A DNA stretch of 64,000 nt, taken from assembly GCA_017499595.2 (NCBI GenBank), contig CM039003.1, positions 3,224,001 through 3,288,000 of the forward strand, in the 5' to 3' direction. Positions 1-12,310 of this stretch are shown here, piece by piece. The position numbers were made by a program, and so were the translations under genes. This DNA is from Psilocybe cubensis (taxonomy: Eukaryota). Every line of letters starts with the position of its first letter. Positions within the stretch are counted from its first letter, which is position 1. The notes under the pieces are model-generated. The model saw only the letters and a list, made by a program, of their open reading frames with translations, was not told the origin of the DNA and searched no databases.

Positions 1-537
1 AGTGGGGGAAATATTCCCTGTAAATATAATTTCTTTATTTTTGAAGAGTGCATCAAGAATAAAACAAAATTTGTGTGCGGAAACATGTGTTTGGTGCGCA
101 GATTGCTTTCTGGGGTAGTTTGATGATTCCGTGAACACAATTGGCTGCGCGGAAACATATTTCAGACATAATTTGCAAGTGCGAGTACAATATTTCTGCC
201 CTAAATTATACTTAATGTGTAAATTGCATGCGCGTAAATACATTTTGTGCGCTGAACAAACCTTGTAATGCGCGGAAAACATTGTTAATTCTCGCCCAAA
301 GTGGCCAGCCGCAATTGCCGTGATTATGTAAATTGATCCATTATGGCACTTCGGCATAAGTTCAAAAATTATGTCTGAAATATGTTTCCGCGCAGCCAAT
401 TGTTTTCATAGAATCATCACACTACCCCAGAAAGCAATCTGCGCACCAAACAAATGTTTCCGCGCACAATTTTTTTTATTCTTGATGCACTTTACAAAAA
501 TAAGGAAATTATATTTACGGGGAATATTTCTCCACTT
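1..537. mobile_element. Foldback/MITE-like element with long imperfect inverted repeats (left arm probably extends outside the window)
   Basis: 1-175 (agtgggggaaatattccctgtaaatataat...catatttcagacataatt) is the imperfect reverse complement of ~368-537 (aattatgtctgaaatatg...atatttctccact). AT-rich, no credible CDS. Confidence 0.65.
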
Positions 538-1243
538 GGGCAGCCATATAACAGAGGCACATAATCTACAAACTAAATATCGATGGACGCCAGCAGTGGA
601 TCGAGGGATCGAGTACTGGATAAAAATAAATTCGGAAAATCCCGACGTGTGACAAAGATAATTGTTTCGGAAATTCGGCCATCAAGTCCGAGAACTGATA
701 ATCACGTGCGCTTTTTTGTTCGGTTGATGCTCCATCTCTGTTTCGTCGTGCCAGACAGCGGTCGCGGGTGGTGACCCATCCAATATCCTATTTATTCCTT
801 GACTTTTTATTATATCTCTCGCAACTTACTCTATCAGGTAGGTCCTTACATCTGGGCTGTACAAAATCGAGGTTGAAAGAAAATTAGGTCACTTCGAAAC
901 TCGATTTTGGCTAGGTCAGTCAAACTCTGAAAACGATACCAACAAACGAGAAAGCTGTTCCAGATGCACACGTATAACATTCAAAATGTGACATGTATCA
1001 ACGTAAAAACATTGGCAGTCGATTGAACCTTCGAGCTTTACATGTTACACCCAACTCCAAGCCATTCACCTTCCTTCAGGTACAGGTCAGCTGATGGATT
1101 ATCAACCCTGGTTATTTGCTTACACACAGAAACATATTAGGACATTCGTTTCTCGTCGTGGCGCTCAATTGTTACTCAGATCCAGACCTTGTCTCAAGCG
1201 CTCAACTAATTCGAAGACAACGCTCAGGAAGTTTGCATTAGCT

Positions 1244-1474
1244 ATGACAGTTCTTCATGGATGGCACCGTGGCGAACGTCTGGTGCGCCAGCACCTAGGA
1301 TTCGATAAAATCCCTGCTACCAACTATCTCTACTCCAACATCGCTGGAGAAATGCCTGATCAGCATTCGACGTTCTATTGTACCCGCCTTCACTTTCTTC
1401 CTGTTTGTGTTCTAGACGACGAACAACGTCCTTGGGGCTCTGTTCTGGTCGGAACAAATGGAACTCCAGGCTAT
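1244..1474 (+). pseudogene. 5' part of PNPOx-like/FAD-binding oxidoreductase gene, interrupted by the transposon
   Basis: MTVLHGWHRGE...FLPVCVLDDEQRPWGSVLVGTNGTPGY is the typical N-terminus of this fungal family. It ends exactly at the element's left CACTG. Confidence 0.9.
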
Positions 1475-1493
1475 CACTGCGGGCGCCGACCGC

Positions 1494-1868
1494 TGTAAGT
1501 TAAACATACAGCAGAAAACTTACATGTCTTATGTAAGTTTCGCTGTAAGTTCGACATACAGCACACGTGTATGAAAAACAAACAGTCGGCAAAGACATAT
1601 TGTGTTTGGTGGCTGTATGCCGACCAAACACAATTGCTGTAAGTAGACTGTAAATAGAATAAACACCGAGATTACACAATTTCTTTTTGTCCGGTGTTAG
1701 TATAATATACACAATTGCTGTAAGTCATACAAACAGCACTTGTGTAAGTAAAACATACACACAAAGAAAACAAATTGTGTATGTCATACTTACACAATTC
1801 CTGTAAGTAAGTGCTGTAAGTTAAACATACACCTGAACTTACAGTAATCGACTCGCTGAGCGAGTCGA
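1494..1868. repeat. Subterminal array of TGTAAGT(N)ACATACA motifs in both orientations plus a 21-bp palindrome
   Basis: About 8 forward TGTAAGT and about 3 reverse ACTTACA copies; tcgactcgct-g-agcgagtcga at 1848-1868. CACTA elements characteristically have subterminal protein-binding repeats. Confidence 0.8.
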
Positions 1869-2363
1869 CAAGCGCGCGAAGAATTCGCATTTTTGGCGCG
1901 ATGTCGACTCGCAGACGATGATAACACGATGGCATGCGTCGTTCTGGCGACTCGCTGCCCTTTGAAAAATCTCGCAGTCGTCAATGTGTAGTGCGCGATT
2001 CATTAATAAATATGATATATTTTCAGCGTTTTGCGCAATTCTATTTATTACACTCGTTGGGTACTTAATATAGCTGGCGCCCTACCTGGCGCGCCTACAC
2101 CCGACTCACCTGCAGACATTGAAAATTCTGAATCTTTGGCCTTCCCTAGTGTGAGTCTGCAGTGAGTACTTTAATCTGTTCGTTTGCCATCGTTTGTCAC
2201 CACCATCTATAAATTGATCCCACTTACACAACTTTCCCGCAGCCTTTCTTATCACCAACCACAACCACAACCACTCACTCCCTCGCTCACTCGCTCTTAC
2301 CGACTACCACCCACATCGATCTCCACACCCACCCGCTTATTCGTTAACCGCGAATCTCTTACC

Positions 2364-2925
2364 ATGGCTGCACTCATCTCTCAAGTCGTTTCGGCCATCG
2401 TAGGCTTCAAGTATGGGTTGAAGCACAGCATCGCGTCGGGATGTTGGATAACGGAGCGCGTATCCGCGTATGTGGGGTCGGTTTGTGGGGAGGTCTTTCG
2501 TTATATCGAAGAGCGTAGCGATACCCCGGTGATGGTCAGAGGTCGCAATCGTACGCATCGTTGAATTTTTTTTTTTTTTGAATCTGCTCATCCCAGTTTC
2601 GTTAGGCGCTCAAATCACGGATGTCGAAGCCCAGAATTTACGCACCACCGACGCTGACTGCAACGCCGACTTCGAGGAAATCGAGGACCTCCTTCGGATT
2701 CGTCAAGAAATAATGGATCTTCATACCCTTCTCGACAACAAACGCGCACTCACCCGGCCTATGACGCCCGAAGCGCACAATATCAACATCGACCGATTCG
2801 CTCTCGACCATAGGCACCGGCTGAACGACATCGCTATCGAGGCGCAGATTCGCGCCAAGTATCCGTCGAGGAACGAGTATCTCGCAATCTGCAAGAAATA
2901 CGAGGTTTCCCCCTTCCGCACCTAG
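2364..2925 (+). CDS. TIR-encoded two-exon hypothetical protein (~168 aa), left copy
   Basis: ATG 2364; a GT..AG intron at 2551-2605 joins MAALISQVV...VRGRN to RAQITDVEAQ...SPFRT in frame; TATAAA at ~2208. Confidence 0.65.
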
Positions 2926-3584
2926 CAGGCGTTCTCAGCGTCATTCCAGCGTCTTTATAACTTCTTGGGGGACTCACCCACTACCCTACTCCCCGTCATC
3001 TTTCTAATCGTTTTCTTGTTTTCTTGCTTTCGATTTTCAGTATTTGATCTGCTGTATATACACGCTCACTTTTGTATTCAACGATACCTCTAATGTGTAG
3101 TCTACTGTTTCATATTGTATTATACTGTCGCATATCCATTTTATTTCTCAGTCAAGTTCACTCCGGTTCATTCATAATTAATGAAATAAGTTGGCTCGCC
3201 GAGTGACCCGTTGATAATCGACTGCTCGTATGATGGGTGAGTCAGGGAGTTGTGGGTCAAGATGTCCTTTGCGGGGTGTAAACTCTGCGGGTGTTGCGAT
3301 AGAATTGCCAGTGCCGTATTCGTTCACAAATTCTCTACATCCTCGCAGAAGCTGCCGGTACAGCAGCAAAACGAACCTCTAAGCACAATCGAAGCTAAAA
3401 CTACATTTATCGGCACGATGAATTAACGCCTCCAACTAGACGTCACGATGTGTAACCTAAGACATGGTAATAACGCAGTACGTACCTGTTCATTAACCCG
3501 GTAATATTGAGCTTTGTGTAGGGAGAAAGGTCGTGCACATCCATGGTGAGATTAAAAAAATGTGGTTAGGATGAGATGAGTTTT

Positions 3585-4345
3585 ACCTGCATAACCACTC
3601 GTCGCTCAGCCTTTCCAGTCCTGATATCGTACAGCGTGAATGTCCCGTCGGATCCTATACTTGCGAGCACCGATGATTCGCTCATTAAATCGTACAGATG
3701 TGATAGTTTCGGTTGATGTTGGGAAAGTGAGAAGATGGATAGATTGATCCTCGCTTAAACGCAGCTTTCCCGGGAATACATTAAGAGGCTAAAGGGCAAC
3801 GGTTAAAGGATTAGAAATTGAGCTCAGTAAATAAAAGAAGCGCTGATGCGGACATGCAGCGCTGTCGTCCGAGGGTGTTGACTTACCACCTCCGTATTCA
3901 GGTTATCGTCTCCAACGGCCCATAGGCTTCACGTTACGATCGACACCGCAGCTAAGAAGCCTTTGACCATCCGGAGAGAAGCATAGCCCTGACGCTTTCC
4001 CTTGTGCGCCTGGGGAATTTTGGCGATCGGTTTTCGGGTTGCAAGATTGTGGAGGATTATTCCTGGTTTATTCCAATTCCATCATTTAGTGATTATCGCC
4101 TGCGTGATTAGAGAACCCACGCACACACCTCCATCCCAGCTTCCACTGGCCACACCTGTTAGGGAGCCAGGTCGCCTGTACAGGACCTCAACAGCATCGA
4201 TGTGCCCTTCCAGACTGTCCACAAGCGGCTTCGCGAACATCCTTTCCATTTTAACCGCATTCAAAGCACGGGTTCGTTCTCTCGCACGGGCAAAGGGTGC
4301 ATAAGGGGGTTTAAATTCCGAGATGTAGGCGTCGGGGGTCTCCAG
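3585..4345 (-). pseudogene. SOF1: Captured degenerate fragment of SOF1/DCAF13 (U3 snoRNP WD40 protein)
   Basis: RNLNPLMHPFARARERTRALNAVKMERMFAKPLVDSLEGHIDAV...ASGSWDGG and ...LASIGSDGTFTLYDIRTGKAERRVVMQ. Introns are retained; frameshifts and an internal deletion are present. Confidence 0.8.
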
Positions 4346-5265
4346 GCCGCATTGGCAGATGTGTGTAGACGGGTCATGTTGGAGTACTGAGATTTTCTAA
4401 GCTCTTGCCTGACTCTTCATCCTCCTCTTTCTCAGAGGGTGTCGACTGAGCCAGCGGCGTGGACGTACGGCCATCCTTCCAGCGTCCTCCAATCCCCCGC
4501 TATCGCCCTCGTGTCATTACCAGCCAATCGCACCTTGGGTTCGAGACGGCGGCGCTGCGATGAGAGTTCGCACCGCGGGAAAGATCTGGGACAACAGTGT
4601 CATGTGAGTGAGACTCTTCCTCTTTTTCTGCTCACTTACCTTCGCTTGTATACTAGTTGATGGCGGGGTGCGCGCTATGACAAGTCGCGTTGTCGTACAC
4701 GATGCGCCTTGTTAGGAATGTCCTGCCAAGGTGCGTCACCACCCTTTATCAGTCTTAATTACTGTACTAACCTTACCTGCCATTCCTTCTTTGAGATCGA
4801 CGATGACGACGACGACACAGGCGGGGTCAAGGGAGCAGAGTGACGAACTGCGAATACTTGTAAGTTACCTACGCAGCTGGAATTTCACGCTTGCTCACCT
4901 CTTGTCTTTTCAGCGTGTCTGTATCGGTGTTGTTGGCGTGCGACTGCGATAGGGAGTTGAGGGGTACTGCGACGGCAAGAGGTCAGTCATTGGAAAACTA
5001 TGTCATACTCTGATGCTCACTGTTGTTTTACCACTTCCAGTCACTTCAAATCACCATCGTTGGCCTCGTATCTTCTTATGGATCAAGGGTGTCGGGGGCT
5101 GTCATAGGAGATGATGGAAAGGACCTTTACTTACCCAAGAATGCCCGCCACAACAGCGTACGCACACCGGAGACCGACTGACACCGGGGTGCGTTGCGAT
5201 GAAAAGAAACCGCTGGCCAACGACGAGCGCGTTGCTGGAAAAGTGCGTCAATGCTGTAGGTATGG

Positions 5266-5918
5266 GTTATCAAGGTTTCTACTCACCGTTTTGTTCCCAC
5301 TCGCAACCGCGCCAGCATGTCCGTGTGTCTGTGCGTCAAGTCAAATTCCACATAGCATGCATTACGACGGACACTCACTATGGCATTGCGTTCCGAGTGC
5401 CCGCCACATCTGTGTACGCAGCAGGCTGTGAAGTGTAGTCGGTGAGGAGCGCCTCACTGGCAAGGTGCGTCAGCAATGTGTTTATAAACTGTCAGGTTTC
5501 TGCGTACTGTTTTGTTCCCTGTCGCAACCGCGCCCGCGTGTCCATGTGTCTGTGCGTCAAGTCAAACGCCGCGTAGCATGCATTGCAACGGACACTCGCT
5601 ATGGCATCGCGTTTTGGCGGCATGTTGTTGACGAGAGAGGCAGAGGGGATTGTCGAGGTGCGTCGTCGACGTTTGCAATAGGTTGGAACTGCAGCGATGG
5701 GCGGTGAGTCAGTACCAGGGCGCCGTTTAGGGGATGCTGCTCACCATACTACATCCTCAAGATTGTTCTGTCAAGCACACCGTCAGCGCCGTCGTTGAGA
5801 CTACATACTGCAATACACATACCTTGTAGAGGTGCGTCGTCGACGTTTGCAATCGGTTGGAACTGCAGCGATGGGCGGGGAGTCAATACCAGGGCGTCGT
5901 TTAGGGGATGCTGCTGTC
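5266..5918. repeat. Short diverged direct duplications in the left cargo zone
   Basis: ~5270-5392 resembles ~5492-5613; ~5655-5740 resembles ~5829-5915. Confidence 0.8.
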
Positions 5919-6019
5919 ACTTGGCGCAGCGGCGAGGATGTGGGAGGTAGATGTGAGAGGGGGACAGCATGCAGAAACACTGCAGCACATCGGTTGAGTA
6001 CACATCCAATCACAATACA

Positions 6020-7250
6020 CAAACTCTACTCACCTGGAGATATGAATCGCGCCTTCAAGGACCGCCGCTGAGTGCAACATTGACGCGTCCACTCCCATCT
6101 CGCTGCTCTGCCACTCTGGAATTTCGTTGTTGGTAGCAGTAGAGGTAAAAGCAGAGGACAGGAACAGGAACAGGGTCGGGGTCGGGTAACGAGCATAAAA
6201 AGACGAGTAGCTCGGCGTCGAGTTCGAGTGTTGCGACGCTTCGCAGGAAGGGATCGAGTGATACGATCCGTACGGTCAAGTCGTCTGGACTTTTGTCGGT
6301 CGTTTCGGGTGCTGCTTCTGCTTCGTCTGATAGAGATAAAGATAAGGAGAAGGATGTGACTGCTGGTGCTGGTGTTGTGGATGAAGGTAGGCCGCGCTCG
6401 AAGGAGATGCAACTGCAGGCAAAGGGGTTGCCGACTTCCCCACCGCTCCCGCCGCTCCCTCTCTCTGTCGACTCGCCGAAACTGAAGGCGTCGCCTTTGC
6501 TCCCGTCCTTGATGCCACTTGCTTCTTCACTCACACATCCACCATCCTCATCATCCCTTTCACATCCACCATCCTCTTCTTCCCCCTCCCCTTCCCCACA
6601 TGCACATGCCCATCCACATTCACATACACACTCGCCACCACCCCTACACCCAACTAAAAAATCATCAACGCTCACCAACACCACCACCGCCTCCATCAAC
6701 AAACCCCTCTCATCCATCGACTCCCTACTCGCATCCGACGTGCCCACGGGCGCTACACTTGAGATCGGCATCCCATGCTCATCTCGTCGAAGCGGAAGCG
6801 GCATCCCCCCCGCGAGCGAGAATGTCGTAGACGCAACAGCTGTCCCAAACTCTAAGTAAAGGTAATAATGTAAATAAAATAAAAATAAAGAAAATAATAA
6901 TACCCTCCTGTCGTTGATGGCGACGAGTACGACAGGTTGGAAAATTAGGTCTGCTCCCGCCTCCTGCACTGCTCATGAAGCCGCAGACTAATCTACTGCA
7001 TTCCACAAGTACGTAGGTAAAGTCGAGAGGAAATGCAGCGTTCTCGTTCATGCACTCCATGCACACGATACACTCGTGCTGAGCGTTGGCTGAGCGTTTT
7101 ACCAGCGTTTACGGATTTCGCCAGTCCGGGAGACATGAAGAGGTTTGAACGGGAGTTGGGTTTGCTTCTGCGCGAATTGGCGCGTTTGGTTAGATATTGT
7201 ATGAATTGCATCGTGTTTGTATGCGGATGAAAATGGGTTGCAACAACGAT
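6020..7250 (+). pseudogene. Probable captured host-gene fragment(s): Ser/Pro/His-rich, then helical segment; unidentified
   Basis: Coding-like stretch (ORF 6293..6859; ...FTDFASPGDMKRFERELGLLLRELARLV) with interruptions and no clear start. Confidence 0.4.
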
Positions 7251-8284
7251 AAGCACCTTTAAAAAAAGGGGGGAAGGGAAAGGAAACCTTGAATATTTTC
7301 ATGAACCCAGCAATATTGGGTTTTGTGCAGGGAACCAGGTTGTGCACGTCCGCGACGGGGATAGCAATCTCATCGAGACCACGGAAGCGCTCTTCAAGCC
7401 CGTGGAACTCGTCGGACTCTTCCTCTTCATCATGTTTGTAAGGGAGAATGTGTCCGAGCCAGCGTCGTGGGCGTACGGGTCGCAGAGCTGCGCCTTTATC
7501 TCAGCGTTGAGCTGTTTTGGGGAGGTGGATGGTTAATCTGCACGTCTGCACGTCTTTTTCCGCCTCGTATGTAGTCCTGTAGAACTTGGATGTTAGATGT
7601 CTTATGACGAAGACGAAGATTAAGGTTAGATATAGACAGTATGGAATCACGACGTACATTGAACGCAGAGCGTCATGGAAGGGTGGACAGGCCGAAGACG
7701 ATTCTACAGAACGATGGCATTGGTTGACAGGTCACGCAAGACAAGCTGGGGAAGGAAACACACCTGCGCGGGGCATCAACGGCGTCTTTCCTACAAGCTC
7801 AACTGACAGGCACACGGTGTGTTTCGACTATGATCGACGACTTTGACTGGGGAGACACTATGTAGGACATCGGAGAGCTAGGGGGATCAGGAACACAATC
7901 TAATCATGAGCATCAGTATATGATACTCAGATTCCGCGCGTCTAAGCGTCACCCTAGTCGCTGAAATCAACAGTGTCGTCTTTTTGGGTAAAAATGAACT
8001 GGCGCTGACGCTATGTGTAGACGGGGGCGTTGCAGTTGCGTTGGAGGTTCTGTCGCTGGCGTTGACGACGGCGATGCTGCGAAGAACATGAGAAAGGAGA
8101 GGCCTACAGGAAGGGTGCACGGGGTCATGGTGTAACGTCAGTGCTCGCAGGGAAGTTGGCGTACCCAGAAGAGGGGGAAAGAATAAGTTGTCCCAGTAAA
8201 GATTGCCGATTAAAGGAACTATTGAGGTCTGCGTATGTTGTGCGCAAATTTTAGACCTGAGAGACAGCGAGAAAGATGGGAAGC

Positions 8285-8757
8285 GCGTCAACATGTGCTC
8301 CTCCAATTGGCGCATACAGATCAACTTTCTCGGTATTAGTTATATTGACAGAAGCGAGTTAAGTCTTGAAGCTCGTCGGTGCATACGGTGTTCGAGGTAA
8401 CGTGCAGGAAACATGCACGATTAGGGTACATGGGTATAGTGGGAAGTACAACTCCAGGGCGCGCTGAGCGTGTTCGGATCCGGCCGGCCCGGAAGACGTG
8501 TGCCGCGGGAAGCACCTCAACACGTGCTCCTCCAATTGGCGCATACAGATCAACTTTCTCGGTATTTGCAGTTAGATTGACAGAAGCGAGTTAAGTCTTG
8601 CAGCTCGTCGGTGCATACAGTGTTCAAGGTGGCGTGCAGGAAACAGGCACGATTAGGGTACAAGGGTATAGTGGAAAGTACAACTCCTTCTGTTCAGGGC
8701 GTGCTGAGCGTGTTATGAGCGTGTTCGGATCCGGCCGGCCCGGAAGACGTGTACCGC
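8285..8757. repeat. ~230-bp tandem duplication, part of the left arm of the inner inverted repeat
   Basis: tgctcctccaattggcgcatacagatcaactttctcgg...cggcccggaagacgtgt occurs twice. Confidence 0.85.
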
Positions 8758-9434
8758 ATACAAAGAGCTTCACGCGCGTGCAGAGCGCATAACCTGCGCG
8801 TGGATATGACCGTTCCGGGGTATGAACGTGCTCCTTCCGTGAGCTGACCCGCCTCTCTGACTCGTCTACCAGCGCCATTTCCACCAGCTCCAATGTCACT
8901 TGTGCCGTTTCATCTTCCATCAGCACCGTATCTGTTGGAAGAAGACTTGAAGCCAGTGACTCACTACGCTCTCCGCTCCAATGCTATCTGATTCACGCAT
9001 GAATATGAGTGTGGGCTTGCCTGGTCGGCTGCCCGTGATATATTGAACAATTTAATAACGAATTAATCTAAATCAAATATATCAGATTCTTGCAAATCAG
9101 ATTTTGCGATACAGATCCGTCCAGAGATATACGTATTACAAACTTCAACTTACCTATGACGAAGTATGATTCAGGACCTGTATCGTGACCGGCTTAACCC
9201 CCGCAGATTGAGCAGCGACCAAATAACGTGCGTTTGAGTGGAAGATTATCGTGTTGCTCAGTTGTCGAGACCCTATCGTGTAGATTTCACCCCGACCTTG
9301 CCCTTCGACCGCAGATTCACCTGTTCATGGAAGTGAGCCGTGGGCACCGATGTCCTGGAATGATCAGAACGAAAATTTCTGCTTACCTCTCGTGAAAGGG
9401 ACGCATGCGACGGGCGACGGCTTTTAAACCAGCC

Positions 9435-11443
9435 TCATTGAACACGATGACCGGTAGCATAGAGCGTAGTTTGACTCGTCAAGTGCGCTGAGTGTGTAAC
9501 TCTGATTTCGCTGTCATTCTGGACTTTGCTTCGGAGTTCTAGCACCTAAAAAGGGGGTCAAAACCACAATAAGTTACGGTTTGAAGATCACTTAACCTCC
9601 TCGCAAATCCTCCTTGCTCACAACTCTATAATGGTATCATTTAAGTATGCCCTGTACCAAACACGCATTACCTTTGAGGTATTTCTAATGCCTGACTTTC
9701 AGACCTGATCCCACTAGCTACTCGCAGACATTAAAACCACGTAAAGTTATATACACATTATGAGTGCGCGTAACTACAAATGCTGGCTACAACTCTAAAT
9801 TTTCTAAATTTCCCTCATTTGCGTTGAGGAGCCCGTAATATTGCGCCTTCGAAGTCAAGAAAGCGAACAACTAAGGTAGACATTGCTATTAGATATAAAA
9901 GTTGAGGCCAGATGACGAATTCTTACAGCAAAAAGATATGGTGCCCAGTTAGCGTAAGTGCATGCCATGACAAAAGCAATGAAGGGACCATTGGTTCTGG
10001 CATAGTGAAGGAGCGTATTTGCAGGCTGTGTTTGAGTTTCACCGACGCCAACAAAGGGCTGGCTCCGCTTTTCCCACAGATAGATGAAGCCATTAGAAGA
10101 TGCTGCAATACAGACTTTGCGACTCTCCGCCATGGTTACTGCAATCGCCTGTGTCATGTGAGCCTCTGTGAACATGTTTGAGCGTCAGAAAGCATAAGAT
10201 ACGGCAAAAGATCAAACCTTTTGGACTTGAGGTAAGGGTCTGCAGAACGTAATTATTGGCTACGTCAAAGATATGTACCTTATTAGTGTGGCTACCGCAC
10301 ACCGACAGTTTCGTGCCTTCAATGAAACGGCACTGCTTTATGAAGTATTTGTGGGTGGTCACGGAGTCCCCAACGGCTAGGGTCTGGAGAGGAGACATAT
10401 CAGGAGTTTGGTAAACATCAAAATTGCCGTTGTTGAGATTGTTGACGATGATAACAGTCTGGTCGCTCGAAATCGCAGCAGATCCGCTACATGAGCTTAT
10501 CAGTCGAATATAAGGTAAAATATGTTAATATGCGTACATCCCACTGGCGAGTTTTTTGGTCCAGAGCACTTCGCCATTGGAAGCGTCCCGACAACAACTA
10601 GCAGAATTAAGAACAGTTAGAACAGTTGAACAGCGTGGTTAATTGATATTACGTTGATAAACATACACGTCACCATTCTCTAGTCCGAAGGACAGCAACT
10701 TTTCATTTGTTGACCCGAAGAAGAGGACCGACGTCGGAATACCAGGTCGGTTACTGGGAGCTTCCCAGACGAGATTCGCTGAGCCAGCTACAGGCAATAA
10801 ATAAATGGTACAGAAGAAACCAGGAATAACCCTTACCGACTGCATCAACAGAATACATCTTAACAGCTCCGGAATGACTGGAAGCAATCAGCCTGCCGTT
10901 TATCTTATCAAATACGAGGTTCTCCACGATGTCATTTGGGGTGAACAGCTGGATTACGGTTCCTCTCTCCGTGAAAGGCTACGAGAGAGAATTAGTGACT
11001 CGCTAGGATATCCTCTGATTGGCACACCTTAACAGAACGAGAGTCCATTAAAAACATGCTCATACCACCAAAAACATTCCCGACGCATAATACGGTTGAG
11101 GGCTCCCTCGAAGGTAATTCGGTATACGCCCACGCTAGGCAACTAACTTGCCCCCACTGCTTGTTCTCGAGGACTTGTTCAGTCCGGAAAGTTTCCGTGT
11201 TCCATATAAAAACCTTGTCGCGGTCACCTATTTTGTTGCATCAGATTCTCGTTCCAATAGTGAAAAGCAAAGAAATAGTATACCTGCAGCGACCAAAAAT
11301 TTTCCATTGCTCGAGAAGAGCAAGTGATCAACGTGTTCAATCCCTGGGTTCTTCAACTCCTTCGCAAGGACGAAAGAGCTATTCTGTTTCAACGGTTAAA
11401 GTAAATATTCTACATTTCAAATGTCACGACGTACCAAGTTCAT
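9435..11443 (-). CDS. Multi-exon WD40-repeat protein with C-terminal hydrophobic segment (element core)
   Basis: Spliced reading gives HLLFSSNGKFLVAAGDRDKVFIWNTET..WGQVSCLAW, ..VCGSHTNKVHIFDV.., ..IAASSNGFIYLWEK. The 3' end is uncertain. Confidence 0.7.
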
Positions 11444-12310
11444 GATGTATAAGTAGGTATAAGTAGACAGATAGGATAGCACTGTGGTGTACGGGCAAAT
11501 GTGGCAAAATGTTTGATTTGTGGGGTGAAGGTACTTTTATTCAAAGCCTGCCGTGTCTTGTCTTTAAGATTGAGTACGTCGTGTTGCCTTTCAGCTCACC
11601 GGAGATATGCCTAGCGCTGGATCCGCCTTTCGACACAAGCGGGTCATCAACGAGACGACAGCGTGTTTGTTTCGTTTATTCTCTCACCCGGGATCCCTTT
11701 CACTATCACTATACAATCCGAGCTTTGTTATTTTTCAGTTATGTTTGGGTGGGATGCTTTAGCAGACTTCAGTTTCTCTCACTCTACTAGAAGAAGTAAT
11801 CTAACTACAGGAGTCGCTGAAACTACGTATTTTTTACAGACTGTCGGGTCGTGGTGGAGGAAGAGCGAACCGTGCGAAAATGCTTGAACGAGAATATTAT
11901 AGTGCACAGATTTCCATGCCGCTTCGGCAACTCGCCGAAGCGGCATGGAAATCAACACGGTATATCAATGCTGGCGCGCGACCGGACCACCTTTCCGACC
12001 TTCTTTGTTCATCTCCTCGTCATGGGGAAACATCGTCTTCCTCGATGAAAGAGTTCTTTCTGTATAATTTGTAATTGTACCCTTTCTGAATCAATAGACC
12101 TAATAGATCAGTGTGAAAGCAATCAAGCAGTCCTCCGCAAAAGCCGTTTGACGCGTAAAACACGCCCACAGCGACTTGATAATGCCTGTGTGCTATCGAC
12201 TGTGCGTATATTTCAAGCCCCTCGCCATCCTACCCTTCTCATATTATCAATTCACCACCAACCTTTCTTAGACGCTCTTTTCTGCCTCCTTTCAACTTAC
12301 TCGTACGACC

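Larger units (their letters stand above)
1475..3130 (+). repeat. Left terminal inverted repeat (near-identical to ~2998, diverged to ~3130)
   Basis: Position p maps to 41889-p. The ORF track shows identical mirrored ORFs (e.g. 2578..2925 and 38964..39311). The first mismatch I noted is at 2999. Confidence 0.95.

Noticed and set aside
1494-1850. CRISPR-like array from repeated TGTAAGT motifs
   Set aside because: Repeats are short, degenerate, irregularly spaced and in both orientations; eukaryotic context with no cas genes.
1500-1984. Short ORFs in the TIR subterminal region and their mirrors at 39905-40389
   Set aside because: They are translations of non-coding repeat motifs with no protein-like composition.
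6055-6969. 304-aa minus-strand ORF
   Set aside because: Looks like the antisense shadow of a low-complexity Ser/Pro/His plus-strand fragment.
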